A stretch of 63,865 nt of DNA, from the NCBI GenBank assembly GCA_050257375.1, contig JBLMWT010000143.1, positions 1 through 63,865 on the forward strand, given 5' to 3'. Positions within the stretch are counted from its first letter, which is position 1, and the number at the start of each line of letters is the position of its first letter. Position numbers and translations under genes: made by a program. Source of the DNA: Sphingomonadaceae bacterium. Its GTDB lineage: Bacteria > Pseudomonadota > Gammaproteobacteria > Burkholderiales > SG8-39. Of this stretch, positions 53,394 to 62,608 are shown one piece after another. The notes under the pieces are model-generated. The model was given only the letters and a program-made list of their open reading frames with translations, did no database searches and was not told the origin of the DNA.

Positions 53394-54115
53394 GCGGGCC
53401 GGTGCTCCAGGCGAGCAACATCACCAAGCGCTTCGGCGGCTTTCTCGCGCTGCAGAACGTGAGCCTGGACGTCGGCGCCGGCGAGCGGCTCGGGCTGATC
53501 GGCCCGAACGGCTCGGGCAAGACGACGCTCATCAACTGCATCTCCGGAGCGCTGTTCAACGACGAGGGATCGATCGTGTTCGAGGGCCGCGACATCACGC
53601 GCGTGCCGGCCCACCAGCGCGCGCGTCTCGGCGTCGCGCGCAGCTTCCAGATCCCGAAGCCCTTCCGCAGCATGTCGGTGCTGGAGAACCTGCGCGTGCC
53701 GCTCGAATACGCGGCCCGGTCGCGCGCCGAGCACCGGCGCCTCGACGACGAGGCGATGGACGTGCTCGACAAGATGGGGCTCAAGCAGCGCGCGCACGAG
53801 AATTCCGCCGGGCTCACGCAGGTCGACATGCGCAAGCTCGAGCTCGCGCGCGCGCTTGCGGCGAAGCCGCGGCTGCTGGTGTCCGACGAGGCGATGGCGG
53901 GTCTGTCGAGCTCGGAAGTCGACGAGATCCTCGAGATCCTGCTCGCGCTCAACCGCAGCGGCGTCGCGGTCATCATGATTGAGCACATCATGCGCGCGGT
54001 GATGCGCTTCTCCGAGCGCATCGTCGTGCTCGACGCGGGCCAGAAGATCGCCGAGGGCGCGCCCGCGGACGTGGTGCGCGACCCGCGCGTGGAAAGGGCC
54101 TACCTTGGGGAATAG
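53390..54115 (+). CDS. livG: ABC transporter ATP-binding protein (LivG-like)
   Basis: ATG 53390 (ATGA overlap). Walker A GPNGSGKTT, signature LTQVDMRKLELARAL, Walker B LLVSDE. Confidence 0.9.
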   Translation: MSGPVLQASNITKRFGGFLALQNVSLDVGAGERLGLIGPNGSGKTTLINCISGALFNDEGSIVFEGRDITRVPAHQRARLGVARSFQIPKPFRSMSVLENLRVPLEYAARSRAEHRRLDDEAMDVLDKMGLKQRAHENSAGLTQVDMRKLELARALAAKPRLLVSDEAMAGLSSSEVDEILEILLALNRSGVAVIMIEHIMRAVMRFSERIVVLDAGQKIAEGAPADVVRDPRVERAYLGE

Positions 54116-54836
54116 GCTCGTCGCCGAGCGCGTGGAGGCCGGCTACGGCGCGGTGCGCGTGCTGCACGGCCTGTCGATCCGCGTCGAGCAGGGCGAAGGC
54201 GTCGTGCTGCTCGGCTCCAACGGCAACGGCAAGAGCACGCTCATCAAGTGCATCATGGGCATCGTGCGGCCCAGCTCCGGGTCGATCTACCTCGAGCGCG
54301 ACGGCGAGCGCATCGACCTGGTGGGGCGCAGCCCGCAGCAGGTGGTCGACCTGGGGATCGCGCTGGTGCCGGAGGGACGGCGCCTGTTCCCGATGCTGAG
54401 CGTCGAGGAGAACCTGATCCTCGGCGCGTACCGGCGCGGCGCCCGCCCGAAGCTCCGGGAAAATCTCGACTTCGTCTACGAGGTCTTTCCCCGGCTCAAG
54501 CAGCGCCGGATGCAGAGGGCGGGCAGCATGAGCGGCGGCGAGCAGCAGATGGTGGCCGTCGCCCGCGCGCTGATGTCTGAACCTCACATGCTTCTCGTGG
54601 ACGAGCCCTCGGTGGGGCTGTCGCCCCTGCTCGTGCACCAGATGATCACGAAGATCAAGGAACTCAAGGAGCTGCGCCAGCTCACCGTGCTGATGGCCGA
54701 GCAGAACTTTAACCAGGCGATCCGCATGGCCGACCGCGGCTACATTATCGTGCACGGCCAGATAGAGTTCGAGGGCGAGAGCGCGATCGCGCTGCAGAAC
54801 AACGACATGGTCAAGCAGTACTACCTCGGCATCTAG
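54105..54836 (+). CDS. livF: ABC transporter ATP-binding protein (LivF-like)
   Basis: Walker A GSNGNGKST, signature MSGGEQQMVAVARAL, Walker B MLLVDEPS. Confidence 0.9.
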   Translation: MGNRLVAERVEAGYGAVRVLHGLSIRVEQGEGVVLLGSNGNGKSTLIKCIMGIVRPSSGSIYLERDGERIDLVGRSPQQVVDLGIALVPEGRRLFPMLSVEENLILGAYRRGARPKLRENLDFVYEVFPRLKQRRMQRAGSMSGGEQQMVAVARALMSEPHMLLVDEPSVGLSPLLVHQMITKIKELKELRQLTVLMAEQNFNQAIRMADRGYIIVHGQIEFEGESAIALQNNDMVKQYYLGI

Positions 54837-54925
54837 CCGGTTGTTTCGCAGCGCAACGCGCGTAGGCTTGCGCGCGCCTTACTGAGCGCGCAACGGCCCG
54901 CTGTTCTTGGAGTACGCTTCGCGCG

Positions 54926-56371
54926 ATGACTTCGGTACGTGCGCTCGCGTCCTGCGCGCTCGCTGCATCCATCTGCGCCTGCTCCGTTGGCCCCCCCTAC
55001 GTTGCGCCCCAGCCGACGGCGACGAACGCCTACACCGCGGGCCCAGCGCCGTCGATCCCGGCGCAGCAGCTCCAGCCCGGCGCGAGCGTCGCGCCGCGCT
55101 GGTGGGAGAGCTTCGGCTCGCCCGCGCTCGACCGGCTCGAGACGCAGGCGCTCGCGCGCAATCCGGCGCTCGAGTCGGCGCAGCACACGCTCGAGCAGGC
55201 GCGCTACAACCTGGTGGCCGCGGAGGGCATCTTCTATCCGCAGGTGGCGCTCAATGCGAGCGGCGAGCGCATTCGCGCCTCGGGCGCGGGTTCGGGCGGC
55301 CATATCGGGCCGAGCCTCTACAACCTGTACACCGGTCAGGTCTCGGTGAGCTACTACCCGGACGCCTTCGGCCTGAACCGGCTCGTGGCCGAGGATGCCA
55401 ATGCGCAGGTCGACGTCGCGCACGACCAGCTGCTCGCCGCCCAGCTCGCCATCGAGGGCAATGTCGCGAGCACGGTGTTCGAGCTCGCCTCGCTCGAGGC
55501 GCGCATCGCGGCGACCCGGCAGACCATCGCCGACCAGCAGGAAATCCTCGACCTGGTGCGCACCCAATACCGCGCCGGCGCGGTGTCCGGCCTGCAGGTC
55601 GCCACCCAGGAGAGCCAGCTCGCGAGCGCGCAAGCCGAGCTGCCGGCGCTCGAGCAGGCGCGCGACCAGGCGCGCCACCTGCTCGCGACGTACCTGGGCG
55701 AGCCGCCCGCGCAGGCCGCGGAGCTCGAAGCGCCGCAGCTCGCGGAGCTGACGCTGCCGCCCACGCTGCCGCTCAGCGTACCGACGGCGCTCGTGCATCA
55801 GCGCCCCGACATCCTGGCGGCCGAAGCCCAGCTGCGCTCCGCGAACGCGCGCGTCGGCGAGGCCGTCGCGCGCTTGTACCCGCAGCTGGTGCTCACCGGC
55901 GATTTCGGCGCCCAGAGCAACGAGACGAGCAAGTTCTTCGATCCGGCGAGCCGGATCTGGGACCTCGCGGCCGCCGCACTCGCGCCGCTGTTCACCGGCG
56001 GGACGCTCCGGGCGCAGAAGCACGCCGCGCAGGAGGCCTACGGCGCGCTGTTCGCCAACTACCGCAGCACCGTGCTCGCGGCCTTCCGCGACGTCGCGGA
56101 TGCGCTGCGCGCGCTCGAGCACGATGCGGCCGCGTTGGAGGCGCAGAAGCGCGCGCTGGACGCCGCGGACACGGCATTCGGCCTGGCGCGCAGCCAGTAT
56201 CAGGCGGGCGCGGTCGGCTACCTGGGGCTGCTGGTCAGCGAAGTCCAGCTGCAGAACGCGCGCGTGGCCTACGTCGGCGTCGAAGCGCAGCGCTTCGCCG
56301 ACAGCGCCGCACTCTACGTCGCGCTCGGCGGCGGCGTCGCCGCACCGCACGCTACCCGCGAGGAGAAATAG
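54926..56371 (+). CDS. RND efflux outer-membrane factor lipoprotein (NodT family)
   Basis: Lipoprotein-type leader ...ALAASICAC-SVGPPY and two OEP repeats. Confidence 0.9.
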   Translation: MTSVRALASCALAASICACSVGPPYVAPQPTATNAYTAGPAPSIPAQQLQPGASVAPRWWESFGSPALDRLETQALARNPALESAQHTLEQARYNLVAAEGIFYPQVALNASGERIRASGAGSGGHIGPSLYNLYTGQVSVSYYPDAFGLNRLVAEDANAQVDVAHDQLLAAQLAIEGNVASTVFELASLEARIAATRQTIADQQEILDLVRTQYRAGAVSGLQVATQESQLASAQAELPALEQARDQARHLLATYLGEPPAQAAELEAPQLAELTLPPTLPLSVPTALVHQRPDILAAEAQLRSANARVGEAVARLYPQLVLTGDFGAQSNETSKFFDPASRIWDLAAAALAPLFTGGTLRAQKHAAQEAYGALFANYRSTVLAAFRDVADALRALEHDAAALEAQKRALDAADTAFGLARSQYQAGAVGYLGLLVSEVQLQNARVAYVGVEAQRFADSAALYVALGGGVAAPHATREEK

Positions 56372-56374
56372 CCG

Positions 56375-57469
56375 ATGGAACGTTCGAGCATCCGCGTTAC
56401 CGTCCTCACCGCGATCGTCGCCGCCCTCGCCCTCGGCCTGCTGTTCGGCGTCAAGAGCTGGCAGGACCGCCGCGCACGGGCCGCGCAGTCGCAGCACGGC
56501 CCGTTCGCCGTGAGCGTGGAAGCGGCGCCGGTGCGAACGGTCTCCTGGCAGCGCGAGATCCGCGCCGTGGCGAACCTGGTGGCCGAGCAGGGCATTCATC
56601 TCACGCCCCAGCTTGCCGGACAGGTGACCGGAATCTACTTCGATTCCGGGCAGCACGTGAAGAAGGGCGAGCGCCTGGTGCAGCTGGACGACTCCAACCA
56701 GCGCGCCCAGCTGGCGAGCGACCGCGCGGCCGAGACGCTCGCCAAGGCGAATTACGAGCGCGCCGAGCGGCTGTTCGGCACCCGCGCAGGGAGCGAGGCG
56801 GACGTGCAGTCGACGCGCGCGGCCTACGAAAGCGCCCAGGCCGCGGTCGCGGACGTCCAGGCGACGCTCGCCAAGCTGGCGGTGAGCGCGCCGTTTTCGG
56901 GCTGGATCGGCGTGCGCGCGGTGAGCCTCGGCCAGTACCTGGCGCCCGGCACCGACATCGCGACGCTCGACGTCTGGGATCCGCTGCGGGTGCAGTTCAC
57001 CGTGCCCCAGAGCGAAATCGCAGTCGTACACGTCGGGCAGGCGGTCGAAGTCGCGGTGAACGCGTTCCCCGACCACAGATTCGCGGGCAAGGTCAGCGCG
57101 CTCGGCTCCGAGGTCGACCCCGGCTCGCGCAACATCACCGTCGAGGCGAAGCTGCCCAACCCGGACAGCCTGCTGCGGCCGGGCATGTACGGCAACGCGA
57201 AGCTGCTGGTCGGCCAGCCGCACGCGGCGCTCGCCGTGCCGTCGACCGCGATCAGCTACAACACCTTCGGCGATTTCGTCTACGTCGTCGAGCCGCGCGA
57301 GCACGGCGCGCTCGTCGCGGTGGTGCGCACCGTACAGGTGGGCGAAACGCGCGACGGCCTCACCGAGATCGCGAGCGGCCTGAAAGCAGGCGAGCGCGTG
57401 GTCACCGCCGGCCAGGTCAAGCTGCACGACGGCACGCCGGTGAGCGTCGCCTCCGGCGGCGCGGGCTGA
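56375..57469 (+). CDS. RND efflux periplasmic adaptor (membrane fusion protein)
   Basis: N-terminal TM, then lipoyl/hairpin/beta-barrel pattern (...GERLVQLDD...AKLAVSAPFSGWIG...). Confidence 0.9.
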   Translation: MERSSIRVTVLTAIVAALALGLLFGVKSWQDRRARAAQSQHGPFAVSVEAAPVRTVSWQREIRAVANLVAEQGIHLTPQLAGQVTGIYFDSGQHVKKGERLVQLDDSNQRAQLASDRAAETLAKANYERAERLFGTRAGSEADVQSTRAAYESAQAAVADVQATLAKLAVSAPFSGWIGVRAVSLGQYLAPGTDIATLDVWDPLRVQFTVPQSEIAVVHVGQAVEVAVNAFPDHRFAGKVSALGSEVDPGSRNITVEAKLPNPDSLLRPGMYGNAKLLVGQPHAALAVPSTAISYNTFGDFVYVVEPREHGALVAVVRTVQVGETRDGLTEIASGLKAGERVVTAGQVKLHDGTPVSVASGGAG

Positions 57470-57482
57470 GCGGAGCGGGCTC

Positions 57483-60400
57483 ATGCGTTTCACCGATATC
57501 TTCATCCGACGCCCGGTCCTCGCGACCGCGCTCAACCTCGTGATCCTGCTGCTCGGGCTGCGCGCCTGGACCGCAATGACGGTGCAGGAATATCCGCAGG
57601 TGAGCAGTACGCTGGTCACGGTCAGCACGGCGTACCCGGGCGCCGACCCGAGCACGGTGCAGGGCTTCGTCACCGCGCGCCTCGAGCAGGCGATCGCCGC
57701 CGCGCCCGGGATCGACTACATGACCTCGGTGAGCGCCCAGGGCGTGTCGACGATCACGGTGTACATGCAGCTCAACTACGACCCGAACGCAGCGATCGCG
57801 CAGATCATGTCCAAGGTGCAGCAGGTGCAGAACCAGCTGCCGCCCGGCATCCAGGCCCCGGTGATCAACGAAACGGTCGGCGACCAGACCGCGCTCATGT
57901 ACCTTGCGTTCTACAGCAGGTCGCTCACGCAGCAGCAGGTGAACGATTACGTGTTGCGGGTGGCGCAGCCCACGATCCAGGGCGTGGCCGGCGTCGGGCA
58001 GGCGCAGATCGTTCCAGCGGGCACGGGCCCGAGCGGCAACAGCTTCGTGCTGCGCGCCTGGCTCGACCCCGACAAGCTGGCGGCGTTCAATCTCGCGCCG
58101 GCCGACGTAGCGAGCGCGCTCGCCGCGAACAACTTCATCAGCACCGTCGGACGCACGCGTTCGCCCGACATCGCGCGCACGATCAGCGCGCGCACGCTAC
58201 TCAGCGATACGCGCGAATTCCGCGACCTGATCGTGAAGAATGCGAACGGTACGCTCGTGCACCTGGGCGACATCGCGCAGGTCGAACTGGGGGCCCAGAA
58301 CTACAACCAGGCGGTGTACTACAACGGCACGCCGGCGGTGTTCGTCGGGGTGTTTCCGACGCCGGGTGCGAATGCGCTCACCGTCGCGCAAGGCGTTCAT
58401 GCGACCTACCAGAAACTCATTTCGGGTCTCCCGCCGGGCATCGAGAGCGCCATTCCCTACGACGGCAGCGACTACATCCAGCGCTCGATCCACGAGGTCA
58501 CACTCACCATCGGCATCGCGCTCGCGGTGGTCGTGCTGGTGATCTTCCTGTTTCTCGGCTCATTGCGCTCGCTGCTCATCCCGGCGGTCGCCATTCCCCT
58601 GTCGATCGTCGGCGCAGGCATGTTCATGATCGCCGCCGGGTACAGCATCAACCTGCTGACCTTGCTCGCCGTCGTGCTCGCGATCGGGCTGGTGGTGGAC
58701 GATGCGATCATCGTGGTCGAAAACGTGCACCGGCACATCGAGGAGGGGCGCACGCCGCTCGAAGCCGGGCTCTCCGGCGCGCGCGAGCTCGCCTCGCCGA
58801 TCATCGTCATGACGACCACGCTCGCCGCGGTATTCGCACCGATCGGTCTTACCGGCGGCCTCACCGGAAGCCTGTTTTCCGAATTCGCCTTCACGCTCGT
58901 GTTCACCGTCGTGATCTCTGCCGTGGTGGCGCTCACGCTCTCGCCGATGGTCTCGTCCAAGGTCTTGCGCCGCACACCGCCGCACGGCCTCGCACATGCG
59001 CTCGAGACAGGCTACGCGCGGCTGCGCCGCGGCTACGACCGGTCGCTCTCTGCCGTGCTGCGCCACCGCGCCGCGGTGCTCGTGGCGGCGGCTGCGGTGT
59101 TCATCGCCATTCCCGTCATGTTTTTCGCCGTACCGGGCGAGCTCGCGCCGACCGAGGACCAGGGCCTGATCCTCGTCTCGGCGACCGGCCCTGCGACCGC
59201 GACGCTGCACTACTTGAACCGGTATTCCGGTGACATCCGAAGGATCTTCGACGGGTTTGCGGAGACCAAGCAGGTGTTTCAGATCAACGGCCTGTCGCTC
59301 ACCGGAGGCGGCGGCAATAACGCCATGATCGCCGGCATGAAGCTGAAAGACTGGAGCGAGCGCAGCCGCAGCCAGATGCAGCTCATGGCGCCGGTGCAGG
59401 CGAAACTGAACGCGCTCACCGGCGTCCAGGCAGCCGCGTTCCAGAAGCCCACCCTGCCCGGCTCGCCGACCGGTTTCCCGGTGCAGTTCGTGATCACCTC
59501 GGCGGGCGGCTACGCTCAGATCAACGCCGCGGCGAGCCGTTTCGCCGCCGAGGCGATGAAGAGCGGCCTGTTCGCCTTCCTGACGACCGATCTGCGCTAC
59601 GACAACCCGCAGGTGCTGGTGACGATCGACCGCAACCTCGCGGGCGAGCTGGGGATCACCATGTCCGACCTCGGCCAGAACCTCGCGCCGCTGCTCTCGG
59701 GCAACTACATCAACCGCTTCGACCTGAACGGCCGCAGCTACAAGGTCATCCCGCAGCTGCCGGACCGCTTTCGCGCCGAGCCGTCGCTGCTCGGCAGCTA
59801 CTACGTTCGCAATGCCGCCGGGCAGCTGATTCCCCTGTCCACGCTCATCAAGGTGCAGACGCGGGTCACACCGGAATTCCTGCCGCAGATGCAGCAGCTC
59901 AATTCGGCGACCATCGACGGCGTCATGGCGCCCGGGGTCACGCTCGGCCAGGCACTCGACTATCTACGCAGCGAGGCGCCCAAGGTTCTTCCCGCCGGCA
60001 TGAGCTTCGATTACGCCGGCCAATCGCGCCAGTACGTCGAGCAGGGCAACACCTTCCTCATCACGTTCGCGCTCTCGATCCTGCTCGTCTACCTGCTGCT
60101 CGCCGCGCAATTCGAGAGCTTCCGCGATCCGCTGATCGTCATGATCACGGTACCGATGGCGGTGTCGGGCGCGCTCGCCTTCATGTACCTGGGCGCCGCG
60201 ACGCTGAACATCTACACCGAGGTCGGGCTGGTCACGCTCATCGGCCTGATCACCAAGCAGGGCATCCTGATCGTGCAGTTCGCCAACGTGATCCAGGAGA
60301 CCGAGGGCCTCGATCGGCGCGCCGCGGTGGAGAAGGCCTCGAGCATCCGCCTGCGCCCGATCCTCATGACGACGGGCGCCATGGTGTTCGGCGCCGTGCC

Positions 60401-60581
60401 GCTCAGCCTGGCGACCGGCCCGGGCTCGGTCGGCCGCTTCGACATGGGCCTGGTGATCGGCAGCGGGCTGACGATCGGCGCGCTGTTCTCGCTCTACGTC
60501 GTGCCGGCGATCTACACCTACCTCGCGACCGACAAGTCCGCGGCGCGCGCCGCGCCGGCCGCTACGGCGCCCGCCGTGTAG
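57483..60581 (+). CDS. RND family multidrug/hydrophobe efflux permease
   Basis: 1032 aa; MRFTDIFIRRPVLATALNLVILLLG start and 12-TM AcrB/MdtB-like layout. Confidence 0.95.
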   Translation: MRFTDIFIRRPVLATALNLVILLLGLRAWTAMTVQEYPQVSSTLVTVSTAYPGADPSTVQGFVTARLEQAIAAAPGIDYMTSVSAQGVSTITVYMQLNYDPNAAIAQIMSKVQQVQNQLPPGIQAPVINETVGDQTALMYLAFYSRSLTQQQVNDYVLRVAQPTIQGVAGVGQAQIVPAGTGPSGNSFVLRAWLDPDKLAAFNLAPADVASALAANNFISTVGRTRSPDIARTISARTLLSDTREFRDLIVKNANGTLVHLGDIAQVELGAQNYNQAVYYNGTPAVFVGVFPTPGANALTVAQGVHATYQKLISGLPPGIESAIPYDGSDYIQRSIHEVTLTIGIALAVVVLVIFLFLGSLRSLLIPAVAIPLSIVGAGMFMIAAGYSINLLTLLAVVLAIGLVVDDAIIVVENVHRHIEEGRTPLEAGLSGARELASPIIVMTTTLAAVFAPIGLTGGLTGSLFSEFAFTLVFTVVISAVVALTLSPMVSSKVLRRTPPHGLAHALETGYARLRRGYDRSLSAVLRHRAAVLVAAAAVFIAIPVMFFAVPGELAPTEDQGLILVSATGPATATLHYLNRYSGDIRRIFDGFAETKQVFQINGLSLTGGGGNNAMIAGMKLKDWSERSRSQMQLMAPVQAKLNALTGVQAAAFQKPTLPGSPTGFPVQFVITSAGGYAQINAAASRFAAEAMKSGLFAFLTTDLRYDNPQVLVTIDRNLAGELGITMSDLGQNLAPLLSGNYINRFDLNGRSYKVIPQLPDRFRAEPSLLGSYYVRNAAGQLIPLSTLIKVQTRVTPEFLPQMQQLNSATIDGVMAPGVTLGQALDYLRSEAPKVLPAGMSFDYAGQSRQYVEQGNTFLITFALSILLVYLLLAAQFESFRDPLIVMITVPMAVSGALAFMYLGAATLNIYTEVGLVTLIGLITKQGILIVQFANVIQETEGLDRRAAVEKASSIRLRPILMTTGAMVFGAVPLSLATGPGSVGRFDMGLVIGSGLTIGALFSLYVVPAIYTYLATDKSAARAAPAATAPAV

Positions 60582-60594
60582 CGGCGGCGCGGCG

Positions 60595-62271
60595 TCAGAA
60601 CGCGCCGCCCTTCTTCCGGCTCTCGACGATGCCCTGCGCGCGCATGCTGATCTGGCTCTGCACGCGGATGTTAAGAAGTGCGGGACGCCCCGCGGCGAGC
60701 GCGCGCTCGAGCGCGGGGGCGAGCTGCTCGGGCCGCTCGACCAGCTCGCCATGGGCCCCGAGCCCCTCGGCCACCCGGTCGTAGCGTGCCGGCGCGAGGT
60801 CTGTGATCACCGCCTTGCCGTACAGTCCGAGCTGGATGTTCTTGTCGATACCCCAGGCCGCGTCGTTGCCGAGCAGCACGACTACGTCCAGGCCGTGGCG
60901 CGCGGCGGTGTCGAGCTCCATGGCGTTGAAGCCGAATGCACCGTCGCCGGTGATGCAGAACACCCGGCTCGCGGGACGCGCGACCTTGGCCGCGATCGCC
61001 GCCGGCAGCGCCTGGCCGAGCATGCCGAGGTTCGGCAGGTAGTACCAGGAGCGCGGCCTGCGCGCAGGCAGGTAGGCGCGCCCGTAGTACGCGTAGTCGC
61101 CGCCGTCGAACACCAGCACGTCGTCGGGGCGCAGGAGCGGCGCGAGCGTCTTGTGCACGAACATCGAGCGTAGCGGCGCTTCGTCGGTCGCGAAGGCCTC
61201 GATGCGCGCGCGCTCGGCGGCGCGCGCTGCGCGCAGGCGCTCGAGCCACGCGAGCTCGCGCCACTCGTACGCGGCGGCGCGCTCGGTGAGCTGCTCGACG
61301 ATCGGCCCGACGTCGCCAACGAGCGCGAGGTCGACGCCGCGGTTGCGCCCCGCCTGCAGGCCCGAGGGCTCGACCTGGATCACCCGGGCGTTCTCCGCCA
61401 CGATCGGCGGCAGTCCGAAGCCGACGGTGAAGTCGAGCAGCTTGCCGAGGAACAGCACGCAGTCGGCCTCGCGAATCAGCATGGCGGGCTGGTGCAGCGA
61501 CAAGTCGAAGAAGCCGAGACAGTAGGGGTGCTCGTCGGAGACCAGCCCGCGCGCCGCCTCCTCGGTCATGAGCGGCAGGCGCGTGGTCTCGACGAAGCGC
61601 TGGAGCGCCCCGCCCCAGTCGCCGTAGGCCGCCGGCGTGCTCGCCACGACCAGCGGCCGCTTGGCCGCGCGCAGGAGGGCGATCGCCTGGTCGATCTGCG
61701 CGGCTGCCGCCACGCGCGGCGCCTGCGGCCGGTAGGCCGCGGGCTCGAAGAAGGGCGCTTCGGCGGCGTCCACGCGCTGGGTCTGCACGTCGATCGGCAC
61801 GGTCAGGTGCACCGGGCCGCGGCGGCCCTCGAACGCGGTGCGCGCCGCGGTGGCGACCAGGTCGGGGATGCGCCGCGCATCGTGCACCAGCCAGGCGCCC
61901 TTGGTGGCCGGACGCGCGAGGCCGACCTGGTCGATCTCCTGCATGATGCCGCGGTGGTAGTTGCGCAGGTCCGCCGAGCCGGCGATGTTGAGCACCGGGC
62001 TCTCGGCGGCGAGCGCGTTGACGAGTCCTGGAATCGCGTTCGCGTGGCCGGGGGTGGTGAAGGCGCACACGCCCAGCTTTCCGGTCATGCGCGCCCAGGC
62101 GTCGGCCATGTGCACCGCGGCCTGCTCGTGGCGGCAGTCGATCAGCCTGAAGCCTTCGTCCGCGAGCTGGTCGAGGAGCGGCAGAATATGGTCGCCCGCG
62201 AGCGTGAACACGGTGTCCACGCCTTCGCGCCGCAGCGCCTGCGTGAGCAGCTGCGAACCGGTGAACGTCAC
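60595..62271 (-). CDS. thiamine-diphosphate-dependent enzyme (acetolactate-synthase-like fold)
   Basis: GTG 62271 directly abuts the upstream stop. N-terminal Pyr domain (GVDTVFTLAGDHILPL...) and C-terminal TPP motif GDGAFGFN...LGNDAAWG. Confidence 0.85.
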   Translation of the reverse strand: MTFTGSQLLTQALRREGVDTVFTLAGDHILPLLDQLADEGFRLIDCRHEQAAVHMADAWARMTGKLGVCAFTTPGHANAIPGLVNALAAESPVLNIAGSADLRNYHRGIMQEIDQVGLARPATKGAWLVHDARRIPDLVATAARTAFEGRRGPVHLTVPIDVQTQRVDAAEAPFFEPAAYRPQAPRVAAAAQIDQAIALLRAAKRPLVVASTPAAYGDWGGALQRFVETTRLPLMTEEAARGLVSDEHPYCLGFFDLSLHQPAMLIREADCVLFLGKLLDFTVGFGLPPIVAENARVIQVEPSGLQAGRNRGVDLALVGDVGPIVEQLTERAAAYEWRELAWLERLRAARAAERARIEAFATDEAPLRSMFVHKTLAPLLRPDDVLVFDGGDYAYYGRAYLPARRPRSWYYLPNLGMLGQALPAAIAAKVARPASRVFCITGDGAFGFNAMELDTAARHGLDVVVLLGNDAAWGIDKNIQLGLYGKAVITDLAPARYDRVAEGLGAHGELVERPEQLAPALERALAAGRPALLNIRVQSQISMRAQGIVESRKKGGAF

Positions 62272-62598
62272 TCAGCGCAGCCTGGAATACGGGGTCGGTG
62301 CGAGCAGCCGGTTTTCGATGCGCGCCACGATCGGGCCGTTCTTCTCGGTCTCGGCGCGCGCCGCGAGCCACTCCGGGTCGGCCATGAAGCCGTTCCAGAT
62401 GCGCTCGCGCTCTGCGAGACTCGCCCACTCGAGCAGGTAATGCAGCGCGTTGTTGTCGTCGCCGACCAGCGTCGTCCAGAAGCCGACCGGGCGGATGCCG
62501 TGCCGTTCCCAGATCTTCAGCGTGATGGTCTCGAAGCGGCGGTTGAGATCGGGCAGCCTGCCCGGCACGCAGTGGTAGATGCGCAGCTCGTGGATCAA
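62272..62598 (-). CDS. NIPSNAP family protein
   Basis: TTG 62598 with GAGGAG 7 nt upstream gives (M)IHELRIYHCVPGRLPDLNRRFE..., a typical NIPSNAP start; 108 aa. Confidence 0.7.
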   Translation of the reverse strand: MIHELRIYHCVPGRLPDLNRRFETITLKIWERHGIRPVGFWTTLVGDDNNALHYLLEWASLAERERIWNGFMADPEWLAARAETEKNGPIVARIENRLLAPTPYSRLR

Positions 62599-62608
62599 GG
62601 TCGACTCC

